Positions 1 to 11,180 of a stretch of 64,000 bases of DNA are shown in pieces (position 1 is the first letter of the stretch; each line of letters begins with the position of its first letter). The stretch covers positions 12,108,698 to 12,172,697 of the forward strand of contig MU056960.1 in the NCBI GenBank assembly GCA_013239625.1, in the 5' to 3' direction. The translations under genes and the position numbers were made by a program. The DNA is from Lama guanicoe (lineage: Eukaryota). The notes under the pieces are model-generated. The model was not told the origin of the DNA, searched no databases, and saw nothing but the letters and a program-made list of their open reading frames with translations.

Positions 1-1005
1 ATAACATTTTGTGTATATTTCCCTGTGCTATACAGTATAATCTTGTTTATCTATTCTACAATTTTGAAATCTCAGTCTATCCCTTCCCACCCTCCGTCCC
101 TCTGGCAACCACAAGTCTGTATTCTCTGTCTATGAGTCTATTTCTGTCCTGTATTTACACTTTGTTTTTGTTTGTTTGTTTGTTTTTGTTTTTTAGATTC
201 CACATATGAGCGATCTCATATGGTATTTTTCTTTCTCTTTCTGGCTTACTTCACTTAGAATGACATTCTCCAGGAGCATCCATGTTGCTGCAAATGNNNN
301 NNNNNNNNNNNNNNNNNNNNNNNNNNNNNNNNNNNNNNNNNNNNNNNNNNNNNNNNNNNNNNNNNNNNNNNNNNNNNNNNNNNNNNNNNNNNNNNNNNNN
401 NNNNNNNNNNNNNNNNNNNNNNNNNNNNNNNNNNNNNNNNNNNNNNNNNNNTCCTGAAGTAGATTTCCTTCTGGATACAAGCCCAGGAGTGGGATTCCTG
501 GGTCATATGGTAANNNNNNNNNNNNNNNNNNNNNNNNNNNNNNNNNNNNNNNNNNNNNNNNNNNNNNNNNNNNNNNNNNNNNNNNNNNNNNNNNNNNNNN
601 NNNNNNNNNNNNNNNNNNNNNNNNNNNNNNNNNNNNNNNNNNNNNNNNNGTGACGGCCATTCNNNNNNNNNNNNNNNNNNNNNNNNNNNNNNNNNNNNNN
701 NNNNNNNNNNNNNNNNNNNNNNNNNNNNNNNNNNNNNNNNNNNNNNNNNNNNNNNNNNNNNNNNNNNNNNNNNNNNNNNNNNNNNNNNNNNCTTCTGCCC
801 ATTTTTGGATTGGGTTGTTTATTTTTTCTTATTAAGTTGTATGAGCTGCTTATATATTCTGGAGATCAAGCCTTTGTCAGTTTCACTTGCAAAAATTTTC
901 TCCCATTCCGTAGGTTTTCTTCTTGTTTTACTTATGGTTTCCTTTGCTGTGTAGAAGCTTGTAAGTTTCATTAGGTCCCATTTGTTTATACTTGCTTTTA
1001 TTTCT
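1..1005 (-). mobile_element. Young camelid-type LINE-1, 5'-truncated (ORF2 C-terminus + 3'UTR; 3' end runs off the window)
   Basis: Minus-strand ORF 193-660 reads [14 protein letters not shown]...FAATWMLLENVILSEVSQKEKEKYHM (L1 ORF2 C-terminus); colinear with the L1 at 51428-52780. Confidence 0.95.
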
Positions 1006-1334
1006 GCAACCTGATTTTTATACGTTCATTTTTACCATTCTATTTTGTGCTTTCCCACCATGATTTTTACCCTTTTTAATGTTTCCTTTCCTATGTCCCT
1101 ACATTAATCAAGTTTCCTTTATACCTTTATCCCCCTCTGCTACTTAGAAGTTACATATTCCGTTTCTACTTGTTTATCCTCAAAAGTTTAATGTGCCTGC
1201 TTGGCTACACAAGACCTAAAGTTAATCAGTATCTCTTCCTTCCTCCTAAACAATTAGATGGACTTAGAACTCTTCATTCTGATCAACCCCTCTTGCCAAG
1301 TCCAGGCTACGGACCAGCATTTTAATTCTTATCT

Positions 1335-1525
1335 CCCAGTGTAAAGCCCAGGATATGTGGTCACCATGTCTCCTCATGTGTGAAGCTGATCTGAGAGAAT
1401 AAAGTCAACACACAGAGAGAAACAGAGGTGAGAGGAAAAATCTGACAAAACTTGAATTCCTGGCTCCATTTGTTGCCAAACTTGAGCTGCAGCTTTGCCC
1501 TCCCTGTGGCTTATTTAATCCAACT
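1335..1525 (+). mobile_element. Old MaLR LTR fragment (MLT1J/K-like)
   Basis: ctgagagaataaagtcaacacacagagagaaacagaggtgag resembles the MLT1J/K internal motif. Confidence 0.45.
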
Positions 1526-1715
1526 GGGAAGAGAGCTCACTCCATCAGTCTTAGATCAGGTGTCCTCGGCTTCAATCTGATTGGACAGCTCCAGTCACAA
1601 GTCTTTTCTGCTCATAGGGGTGGGGTTTTACTGAGTAATTGAGGAAGTGGAGAGTAGTGTCATTTTCTCCTGGATGACATGGGCCACAGAGGAGGATAGT
1701 GGATGGACGGATGGA

Positions 1716-1739
1716 CACACACACACACACACACACACA
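1716..1739. repeat. (CA)n microsatellite
   Basis: Directly visible dinucleotide run. Confidence 0.95.
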
Positions 1740-1859
1740 AACAGCATGCTGTCATGAAGACAAAGAGAAATAGATTTCTAGCAGCTCTAAACAGCAGGCA
1801 TCCACCCCGCAAATAAAGAGGCAGTTAATTGAGGGGTAGATATACTTCATCCATTTGCT

Positions 1860-2240
1860 TATTATTCATTCATTTAAATGGCATTTAATCATTTATTCAA
1901 ATATTGAATAGTTGCATGTCAGGTGTCAGGGGAGAACTAATAAATAGGCAGTCCTGAAAGAATTCAAAGTTCGGTTGCTAGCAGGCAATTAAAGCACTGA
2001 ATGGTAACTTCCATAACAGGAAAATATACACAGAGCTAATAGAAATACGGTAGAGGTAGATAAGAGAAGACCGTCCCAATGGAAGTGATGCTGGGTTGAG
2101 TCCTGTCCCAGACCCAAGTTATAAGGTTATAGAAGTTATAAGATTGACAGGGGCAAGAGGCCAAAGGAGGGGGTGCATTCCAGTGGTGTGTTGGGGGGAC
2201 ACAGCATATGCAAAGGCTCAGAGCATGATATGGTTTGAGG
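1860..2240 (-). mobile_element. L2 LINE 3' fragment
   Basis: attcattcatt tail; gcattcca...acagcatatgcaaaggctcagag matches the L2 3' region. Confidence 0.55.
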
Positions 2241-2669
2241 ACTTCTCCACCATCTTTCAGCAATCTCCACTCTTTAGAATTCCACACCATTTACTTCAAA
2301 GCATCCCCATTCTAGCCATTCATTCCCTGTTATCTGCACCTCAGAACACTGTAGCTTGGTTCAATGAGTTTTTATTCTTGGCCCACAATCTTCTGTTTTT
2401 TAAGGAAGATAACTGTAGCCCAAGAGTTTTAGCCACTTACTATAATGTATGAGCCTATCTTGTCTTCTTGGGTAAAAGCAGAAGCTCACTGAGGGCTCAG
2501 TTCTTCTCTGATTCATACCCCTAAAGAATTCAGCACAAGGCCTTGCAGTTACTGAATAATTGGTTAATCTCAGAGTGAATTAATGGTTAGTCAAAGCTAA
2601 TCTCTCAGCCTGTGCTTTGAGATACAGACTGGAAACTCTCTGAAGGTCTAGTTAATCACAGTAAACACC

Positions 2670-2960
2670 AGTAGTCATTTAATGCATGCTGATAATGCTG
2701 AACATCGTGCCAAGTGCTTTTCAAGCATTTCTCTTAACTCTCACAATAACTCTATGAAAAAGTTTCTAAATAACTCTATGAAAAAGTTTCTAAATAATTA
2801 TAATCAGTACTGATAATAATAATTAGCTCCATTTAATGGAACAAACTGGGGCTCTGAAGTGGTTAAGTCACCCTAGGCCCTAGGTCACATGAGTGGTTTG
2901 CAGTGGAACTCAGACTGGACTGAGGGCTGTCTCCTTCTGGAATGCCCACTCTCAAGCACC
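2670..2960 (-). mobile_element. MIR SINE containing a 24-bp tandem duplication
   Basis: gtgccaagtgcttt...ctcacaataactctatga...aaactggggctctgaagtggttaagtcac...ggtcacat. Confidence 0.7.
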
Positions 2961-3294
2961 ATTTTCTAAGCCTTCTTATACACGGGCTATCTCAGATAAC
3001 TGAAAGGTGGCTCAGACACAGAGAACTCAATTTCCACCTTCATCTCTGCCTCTCAGAGTAATGGCCCTGTAAGACCTTTCCAGGAAAGAAGTTGCTCATC
3101 TTTTACTCTGGAAATCAGAGCATGCACAGAGCTAGCATCATGCAGGAGAGAGGCAGTGGCTGGGCTTTCCAGCTGTGACCCTTCCCAAGGCAAACCAGTC
3201 TGCGTCACCAGCTGCCACTCAACAATCAGACTTTCAGATGCTGCTCCTTTGGAAGGGACTTTGCGAGTGACAAGTCACCATTCCTTCCTTCCAC

Positions 3295-3430
3295 CAATTG
3301 CTACTAGATAGGGCTATGCTCTGGGCAGATGCTGGAGATTTAAAGGTGGTGCAACATGGTGCCAACCTTCAAAAACACCGACAGTCTAGTAACAAAGATG
3401 GGCATGTAAATGAGTAAGTGCAACAGGGCG
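3295..3430 (-). mobile_element. L2 fragment
   Basis: gctggagatttaaaggtg...tgccaaccttcaa...acagtctagt resembles the L2 3' end. Confidence 0.45.
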
Positions 3431-3504
3431 TCAGAGGCTTTGTGGTCCGTATGTTACAATAGAAACAACATGGAGAATGACAACCACTAACCTTGGAAGT
3501 CTTG

Positions 3505-4085
3505 CCGAGTGCCGGGCACTGTGTCTCTGTATTGAGTGCTTTACATGTGTTACCTGTCCTAGTTGATTTAGGTATAACAGAATACCAACAAAAATTTATT
3601 TCTCACAATTCCAGAGGCAGGGGAGTTCGAGGTCAAAGCACCAGCAGGTCGAGTGTCTGGTAAGAGCCTGCTCCCTGTCTTGTAAGTGGCTGCCTTCTCA
3701 TTGCTGCCTTCTCATTGCAGCCTCATGTAGCAGAGAGGTAGGGCTGGCTTTCAGGTCTCTTCTTATTATAAGGGCCATGATCTCAATCATGAGGCTCTAC
3801 CTTTATGACCTAAATTTCCCTAAGGCCCCACCTCCAAATACCATGACACTGGGAGTTAGGATTTCAGCATAGGAATTTGAGGGAAGGGACAGAAACATTG
3901 AGTGTATAGCCTTACCTAATTGATTCTTCATAACAGCCCTATATAAAAGGTACCATTAGCCTCCATTTTACACTTTTCACATGTCTTACACAGGCATGGA
4001 GAGGTTAAGTAATTGCCAAGGTCCCAATAAATGGTAGGACACAGGTAAGAACCCAGGCTGTCTGATCCCAAAAGCCAGCTCTGGA
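3505..4085 (-). mobile_element. MIR SINE split by an MLT1A LTR
   Basis: gtgccgggcactgtg...gtgctttacatgtg before the LTR; ttcttcataacagccct...gagaggttaagtaattgccaaggtc...gaacccaggctgtctga after it. Confidence 0.75.
3555..3911 (-). mobile_element. MaLR solo LTR (MLT1A/MLT1A0-like)
   Basis: aaatttatttctcacaattccagaggc...ggccccacctccaaatacca...aaacattgagtgtatagc; perfect 5-bp TSD TTACC at 3550-3554 and 3912-3916. Confidence 0.9.
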
Positions 4086-4314
4086 ACTGTGTGCACACCC
4101 TGAATCCTATACGCAAAATGCTTGAGAATGTAGAGGTTATAGGAAGGCTGGCTTCAGGGAACCCAGCAGGGTGCCAAGGAGCATAAAGGTGTCCCACAGA
4201 AGGAACAGGGAGTCAAGTGCATTGGGATCACACTGCAAGCCCCTAGAAGAGTCTACGGAAGGAGAAGCAGAAGCCTTCCTGGGAGGCACATCCATTTGCC
4301 AGAGTGTTAAAGAT

Positions 4315-4517
4315 AGAGTTTTGATGGCAGATGCCCGGGTCTGAGTTCTGGATGTGCCCCTTACCACCTATGGGGTCCACATCTCAAGTTTCCACATGTT
4401 AAAGTGGGAATAATAATAGTTCCCACCAGCTAGTGTCCCGGAGAAGAATAAAAGAAGATAATCCAGATAAATGGCTAACCACCCTGCATGTAGTATATGT
4501 TCAGTGCATGTTGGCTT
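4315..4517 (+). mobile_element. MIR SINE
   Basis: ctcaagtttccacatgttaaagtgggaataataatagt core plus 3' tail. Confidence 0.7.
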
Positions 4518-4599
4518 AGAAAAAATTAGTGATTAATAGGGGTGTGTCAGCAAAGAGAGGAAGAGGTGGAGGAGGTGTAATACACAAAGGAAAAGCAGG

Positions 4600-5125
4600 T
4601 GGTGATGTTCAGAGACAAGAGGAAGCTAAGGTCTAAAAGAGGTCCAGGCAGCTGAAGAGGTGGAGGGAGAGATTCAGATGGGAGGGTCCACATTATGTGC
4701 TCATGACGGGCTTTGCAGGGCAAGTCAAAGAGAGAGACTTTTGTCTGAAGCACAATGTGATGATACTGTCCTCAAGATCAGGTTTTTCCAGTAATCTCGC
4801 CCAGAGATGGTCTGAGCGGGATCATGGGGCAGGACAGAGGCAGAGGAGAGGGGGAGAAGAGAATGGGTTTCAGGAGGCATCGAGGACTTGGTGACTGACT
4901 GGGTGATGGGGCGTGAGAGCAGTGTCACCTGTCACCATAACGACCAGGCTTCGGTCTGGTTCACAGTGTGAATGGAGGTGCCAGCCCTGAGTGGAGGGGG
5001 CCTGAGAGAGACGGTTCTGGGATGCCTGTGAGACATCCAGGTGGAGCCATCCAGAGTGACGGGCACCAGGCTAGAGCTCAGCAGAGAGGCCTGGGCTGGC
5101 AACTTGGGAATCATGGCAGATTTAC
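4600..5125 (-). mobile_element. L2 LINE fragment (resumes at about 5950-6070 after the nested LTRs)
   Basis: gaggacttggtgactgactgg; gatgcctgtgagacatccaggtggag; gagctcagcagagaggcctgggctgg are typical L2 minus-strand motifs. Confidence 0.7.
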
Positions 5126-5914
5126 AGCAGTTGCCTGTCCCTGTATCCTTTCTTTTCTTCTGTCTCAAGAACAGAACTCCAATTTTTTTCAGGGCAGCTT
5201 TGAACCTAGCTAAAGGAGTACTTTTCCCAGTCTAAGATTTGGTTAATGAGATAGAGCAAGAAGGTTGTGAGGAAACATTTGCGTAGACCTCTTTCCTGCT
5301 GCCTGAGATACAGATGTGGTGGCTGGAACCCCAAGTACATACTTTTGACCATGAGGTATGTTAAAAACAAGACATCAGGCCCAAAATGGAGTTGCTAAGC
5401 CCCATATCACCAAACCACGACTTAATCACAGTTTTAGCTCTCCCATAAATGAAGTCTTACACCAGTCAGTTAGGAATCACTTGATCAGGACTAGTTAGAT
5501 AATCTGCCTGATAGACTCTTGCCACCCTCTAAAGGAAGGTGACCTTGTAATAACCAATCTGCTTTTCTGCCTGTGTAACTTCCTTGTTTCTGCTCCATTC
5601 TGCCTGTAAAATTCTTCAATTTTGTCCAGCTCTTTGGAGTTCCTTTCTGTTAGATTGGATGCTGCCCAATTTGAATCAATTTTTGCTAAAACTCCTAAAA
5701 TTTTTAATACACCTAAGATTATTTTTTTTAACAGGCAGAAGTCAGGCTCAGGCTATTGGGGCAGGAGGATGAGTCCCTGATGGACTGTGGAGCAGGCAGC
5801 AGCCCTCAAGGGTCCACCTACAGAACCCACGAGAGAGGAGAACACTCTTTCTCCCAGTCATTGGGATTTGGGAGTTTTCTCTTCTTCGTAGATGAATCTA
5901 ATCCCTGCAACACA
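5125..5914 (+). mobile_element. MaLR solo LTR (MLT1J-like), interrupted by an ERV1 LTR
   Basis: aacagaactccaatttttttcagggcagc...gatgtggtggctggaacc...ttgaccatgag | ...gagtccctgatggactgtggagc...gaatctaatccc. Confidence 0.7.
5359..5733 (+). mobile_element. ERV1-class solo LTR
   Basis: Terminal inverted repeat TGTTAAAAA...TTTTTAACA; ccaaaatggagt and aaccaatc motifs; 4-bp flanks GGTA/GGCA consistent with an ERV1 TSD. Confidence 0.8.
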
Positions 5915-6479
5915 GATGTCATCAGCTTATAAGCTGTGATGGGAAACTTAAGAGTAAGGAGTAGAAAAAAAGAGGAGATAGAAGGAGAGAAAGGGCATGA
6001 AACACCTTTACTTAAGGGACAGAGGAAGAGATGCCTGTAAACGGGACTGAGAAGGAGCCAAGATGAGATTGTTGAGAACTAAGAGGGTGGATGTTAAGGA
6101 GAGCCAGAGCGGGGTGCAGGGAGATGAAGCCCTGTCTCTCTCTGTCTCTCATGGGTTTCCGTGCAGGGGGATGAGCAAAATGGAGCCTCAACACAAACCC
6201 CAGGGATGAGGGGCTCAGACCTCCTTAAGCCAAACACTTCAATGTCTGGCAGCCCTAATGGGTAGAAATCCCGTCCTTGTATGATACTGAAATCTTCCTT
6301 CCTGTGATTTCTCCTCGTAGCCTCCTGGAGACACATTGAATAACAGCTACACCCTTGGCTTCAAGACAGCCCTTCTAAACTTTGACATTCTGGTTCTTCT
6401 TTCCTCCCAGATGAAAACTCATTAACTAACTCTCAGACATTCCTCACACCCCTCGAATGGCAGATCCTTCACAATGCTG

Positions 6480-6760
6480 ATGACCCTCTTCTAAATGGAC
6501 TTCACCTTGTTATCATTCCTGAGTGGGCACAGACAGCTAAGGCAGGCCAATGAGTCCTGCAAGCCATCACCTCCCTGGACTGGCCCTGTGCTCCTATTAA
6601 TGTGGTCTGAGTGGTATGGTTTCATTGGGGGCTCATAGATTGAGCTTGAGGCTTCTGTTAAGTCAGCTCATCCGTCAAAGACAAACACATTGACATCTTT
6701 CTAAGTGACACCCAACCTCTATGCAGAAGTGGGCAGAGATTAGATCCCATAAGGCCATTC
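6480..6760 (-). mobile_element. Possible L3/CR1 LINE relic
   Basis: ctggactggccctgtgctcctattaatgtggtctgag resembles the CR1/L3 ctattaatgcagcctaag motif; heavily decayed. Confidence 0.3.
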
Positions 6761-7001
6761 AGAGATGTCCCCTGACAGTGCTGGGTTAGAAATCAATTTT
6801 AATCTCTCACCTATAATTTCAGGGTGAAGCAGCCCCTGGAATACATCAGCCTCATTAGCAAAGCAAATGACATGTGTCCCCCAACTATCCAAGCATCCAA
6901 GTTGCCTACTTTGTTTGGTGACAAAGACAACTGGCATTGAAGGGTTTCAACAAATAGATCTGGGGCAACAGAACACAGGCCGCTCTCAAAATGTCTCCTT
7001 C

Positions 7002-7461
7002 TGTATTTACTCAGCCATAAAAAAAGAGTGAAATAATGCCATTTGAAGCAACATGGATGGACCTGGAGATGATCATATTGAGTGAAGTAAGCCACACAAA
7101 GAAAAATATATGATATCACTTATATGTAGAATTAAAAAAAAAGATACAAATTCTATTTACAAACCAAAAACAGACTCATGGACATAGAAAACAAACTATG
7201 GTTACCAAAGGGGAAAGGGCAAAGGAGGGATAAACTAGGGGCTGGGAATGAACAGACACATGTTACTGTATATAAAACAGATAAACAACAAGGACCTACT
7301 GTGTAGCCCAGGGAACTGTATTCAATTTATTATAATAACATATAATGGAAAAGAATCTGAAAAAAAAAAATAAATCTGTATGTATTTGTATAACTGAATC
7401 ACTTTGCTGTACCCCTGAAACTAACATTGTAAATCAACTACACTTCAATAAAATTTTTTTA
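7002..7461 (+). mobile_element. 5'-truncated LINE-1 (artiodactyl type)
   Basis: gcaacatggatggacctggagatgatcatattgagtgaagtaagc (ORF2 end), 3'UTR, AATAAA; TSD aaaatgtctccttc 6988-7001 / aaaatgtctcattc 7462-7475 (13/14). Confidence 0.95.
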
Positions 7462-7544
7462 AAAATGTCTCATTCGAAACCACATTCACAGAAACTGGGA
7501 GAAACTCTAGGGGTTCGTCTAGAGAGGTTTACAGAAGAGTGAAA

Positions 7545-7760
7545 AGACCATGGATTTCATAATTAAAAGATGTAGAGTGGCTTCCTGGCTCTGCTGCAGT
7601 GGAAACTGTGTCACGGGCACACTTAATCTCTTTTGGCTTCAAATCCGTTATCTACTAAGAGACGATAATATCTGCTTCGTAGGGCCTTGTGAGAACTAGG
7701 GATGATGAGGGCGCCTGATCCAATGATAACCACTCAGCAGGTGGGAACCATTAGCATTAT
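7545..7760 (+). mobile_element. MIR SINE
   Basis: tcctggctctgc...cacttaatctct...gataatatctgcttcgtagggccttgtgagaact. Confidence 0.6.
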
Positions 7761-8355
7761 CTAAGCCAGCCTTCACCCTGGGCGGGGCTTATCTCCTTGA
7801 CATCCCTTCCAAGTGGATCCTGGGGCTCATCCTAGTGCCCCAGTCAGAGCCAATGCACAGAAGCACGTGCTGAGTGGCAAGATGGGTGGATAGGAACCCT
7901 GAAGCTGAGGCCTTATGTGTGGCAGGAAGAGCAGGGGTGCTGGGACCTCTTGGCCTTCTCATTCTGGAACCTCAGGTACCATTATTAGGGTCATCAGACA
8001 CCATGTTTTATTGAAAGCGCTACACTCCTCAGCTGGATTCAAAAAGCAGCTTCACTTCTTCTCTACCCTCCCATGTGACCTCCTCCTACCTCCCAGAATC
8101 ATTCTTTCCTGTCCCTGGATGAAATCTTGGGAAGTTCCAAAGCTTTTCCAGACTGGCCGAGAACAGTATCACTTCACAGTAATAAAATTCCGTATTCCAT
8201 TCAGCTGGAGATTCTCCCCTCCTCCCTGGGGAGGAGGTGTGGGCTAGGGGCTGTTTTAAACCTGGGCACCTGCCGAGGAGGAGTGGCTGGAGCAGGGACA
8301 GCCAGTCCTCTCCTGGCTCCTCCTCCTCCTCTGTCTCTCTCATGGAATGCTGCTC

Positions 8356-8485
8356 AGGGTGATCATACAAACCAGTTTGCCCAGAAGAGTCCCAGTTTAT
8401 GCTAGTTGCCTGGGCATGATTATTGAGAGTGCCTCCTTCCACTCAAACAACCCCCCAGTTTGGGCAATGAATGATATGGCCTCCC
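8356..8485 (-). mobile_element. MER94-like hAT-Blackjack MITE
   Basis: agggtgatcatac...gtttgcccagaagagtcccagtttatgc...gattattgagagtgcctccttccactc...atatggcctccc follows the MER94 consensus with degenerate TIRs. Confidence 0.8.
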
Positions 8486-9265
8486 CACTTCTGACCCTGC
8501 TGCTGTCTGGCCCAGGGAGGGAAGGGGTTGCAATGGGCCCAGTCGTGATGTAGTATTGGATTCTGCAGGTGGAGGGGGCCCAGAGCTGACTCTTGTCTTG
8601 TGGGGCAGGTTAGTGGGTTCTTTCAGAGTTTCTCCCACTGAGGACCTCAGCCCCCTCTGCAGAGGCGAGGCTGTTCTCACTGGCAGCTTCCAGCTCTCCC
8701 TGCCAACCCCTGGACTTCTTGCTACCCCTCTCAGAGTCTCACTGTTAGGGCTATTAGCCCCTGAAGGCAGCATCCCTTTAACCCAGGTCCAGGTCACATC
8801 CCACATCAGGCTCCCTCTTGTATGTAGAGTAGCAGGATGGCCCGTCTTCCTCAAGCAGAAAGGGGGTTGCACAGAAGTGAGAGGGACATTACTATCAGCA
8901 GCCACCCTGAACTTAAGTAGCCAGGACAGTCAGTCAAGAGAATACCTACCACTTTCTCCCACACCACTCACCCCTAGCCCAGGTTACTGATTTTTACCAT
9001 TACTAGTGGCCAGCTTCCTGCCTTGTCAGAACCATATTTGCAATTTCCAAAGGAAAAAGTAAATTTTTATTTAGCATATATTTTATTCTGTCACGCCCTG
9101 AAAATGCCCAAGAAGTTAAATACGGTATTTTTTCCCCCATAACATACAATGAGAATTAGAGCCCAGAAACTTCTGCTTTTGGACACATCACAATCACAGG
9201 TAACCTTAACGTGCTATGAAATTACAACAGTAGCAGCAGCAACAACAACAAAAACCATCAAAATG

Positions 9266-9508
9266 AAAGATACACGCACCCCAATGTTCACAGCAGNNNN
9301 NNNNNNNNNNNNNNNNNNNNNNNNNNNNNNNNNNNNNNNNNNNNNNNNNNNNNNNNNNNNNNNNNNNNNNNNNNNNNNNNNNNNNNNNNNNNNNNNNNNN
9401 NNNNNNNNNNNNNNNNNNNNNNNNNNNNNNNNNNNNNNNNNNNNNNNNNNNNNNNNNNGAGCCAGAAAGAGAAAGGAAAATACTGCATGGTATCACTCAT
9501 ATGTGGAA

Positions 9509-9548
<40 letters not shown>

Positions 9549-9879
9549 AAAAAGGACACTATGAACTCATTTACAAAACAGAAACAGACTAGCAGACATA
9601 GTAAACAATCTATTGCTACCAGGGAAAGGGGGTGGGAAGGGATAAATTTGGGAGTTTGAGATTTATAAATGTTAGCCGCTATATACAAAAACGTATTTAA
9701 AAAAAATTCTTCTGTATAGCACAGGGAACTATGTTCAATATCTTGTAATAACCTTTAATTAAAAAGAATGTGAAAAATGAATATATGTATATATATATGC
9801 ATGACTGGGACATGGTGGTGTACACCAGAAATTGACACATTATACCTGATTGTACTTCAATTAAAAAAAAAAAGAAAAA
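9266..9879 (+). mobile_element. 5'-truncated LINE-1 (camelid/artiodactyl type), partly masked, with expanded internal poly(A)
   Basis: aaagatacacgcaccccaatgttcacagcag (ORF2 KDTxTPMFTA), 3'UTR, A tail; tcaaaatgaaa on both flanks (TSD-like). Confidence 0.93.
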
Positions 9880-10303
9880 CATCCTCAAAATGAAAATAAA
9901 ATACTTAGGGTCATCTCTGACATGGGTACGATGCTTTACTTGTTCCTGAACCATCTCATAGCTGTTACTTTGTCAAATTTGTGCCTCGCTTCTCTCTTAG
10001 GTACCAGAGGTGGGGGTTAGTGGTGCTGAGAGGTTATGTGACCTGCGATCCAAAGACTAAAGCATGGCTTTTACCAGTGCAAATATCCTCGTGTCAGTTT
10101 CCAGCTGCAGTATTTGGAGGCAGGTCAGGACCCCTGCAAAGACCCCACCACAAAGGTGACTCATGAATTCAGATTCAAGTCAGGCAGGGTGGGGGCTGCT
10201 TGGTGTGCAGGGGGCAAGCTTTTTCCCTGTGTGGAATCTTTCTGTTGAGTGTTTTATATGCTCAACACATAAGCCAGGAAAGTGCAGGAAAAGAAAGGAC
10301 CAC

Positions 10304-10390
10304 GGGGGTATAGTGTGTGCTTAGGTCCTGGGTTCAATCCCCAGTGCCTCCATTTTAAAAAAGAAAAGAAAGAAAGAAGAAGAAAAAAAG
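10304..10390 (+). mobile_element. tRNA-Ala(AGC)-derived retrocopy / Vic-1 SINE with two internal deletions
   Basis: gggggtatag..gtgcttag..gtcctgggttcaatccccagtgcctcca + A-rich tail; TSD-like aagaaaggaccac / aagaaatggccat. Confidence 0.85.
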
Positions 10391-11180
10391 AAGAAATGGC
10401 CATGAAAGCTGAAGTGTGGGAGGACTATGCTTTCTCAGCTTGGGAGGGACAGAGCTTGTGAGTAAACCACAAAATGATTTCTGAGACCTGCTGAGGCTCG
10501 CTTCCCATTTCAAGGTCAGCTGGAGTGAACTGATATGTAAGTCTTCACTTAGGTAACTAATTCACCCCATTTGTTATCATCAGCAGGTTAGTGTTCTCAT
10601 CTGCTGGCCAGTCGGGGTGACACCTTCCTCTCCTGGGATACATCTGGCTTAGCCTTCAGAGGAGCATATTTTCACAAACGCATGTGGGATCTCATCTGCC
10701 TCCAGCTCCTGAGGCCTCTAATAGGATGTGAACAGTTTATTCGTGGGATGTTCAAATTAGCATCTCTGCAGCATTTCCCGGCAGAGGGTCTCCAAGGCTT
10801 TAAGCTTATGTTTAAAGTCGATCATCTCAACAAACCTCAAAAATTAACTAGATGGGCACTTTGAAACTTTTGTTATCAAATGGGACGTCGTTGGGTTGTG
10901 TTAAGTCTCAAGGTTTCCATGACTTGCATTTTGGCTATAAGCATTAACTTTTCTGCCAAAACAGCCTTGGATTATTTGCCTTCGGTCCGAATCACTTTCC
11001 TGGAATTCAGAGTAGATGACTGGTGTTCCCTTGGCTAGAGGTGAGAGAAGGGAAGGAAGGTAACATGCTTTCTACATGATTATTCCTCTTCATTATCATA
11101 CATTGTGCATGGTAACATCGTAACACACATGCTCATCAATATGTACCTGACTTAAATCCATTAAGAATAATATTGACCAG

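Noticed and set aside
193-835. Long ORFs made mostly of X (also 9149-9592, 23523-23864, 31862-32367, 52052-52684)
   Set aside because: They stay open only because N runs hide stop codons; the readable parts are L1 or MLT1 sequence
7915-8990. Cluster of overlapping 90-160 aa ORFs in GC-richer DNA
   Set aside because: No recognisable domain, ORFs on both strands, overlap with a MER94; expected by chance
9512-9552. Long poly(A) as a separate retroposon tail or processed pseudogene end
   Set aside because: It is the internal A tract after the ORF2 stop, present in shorter form in the other L1 copies
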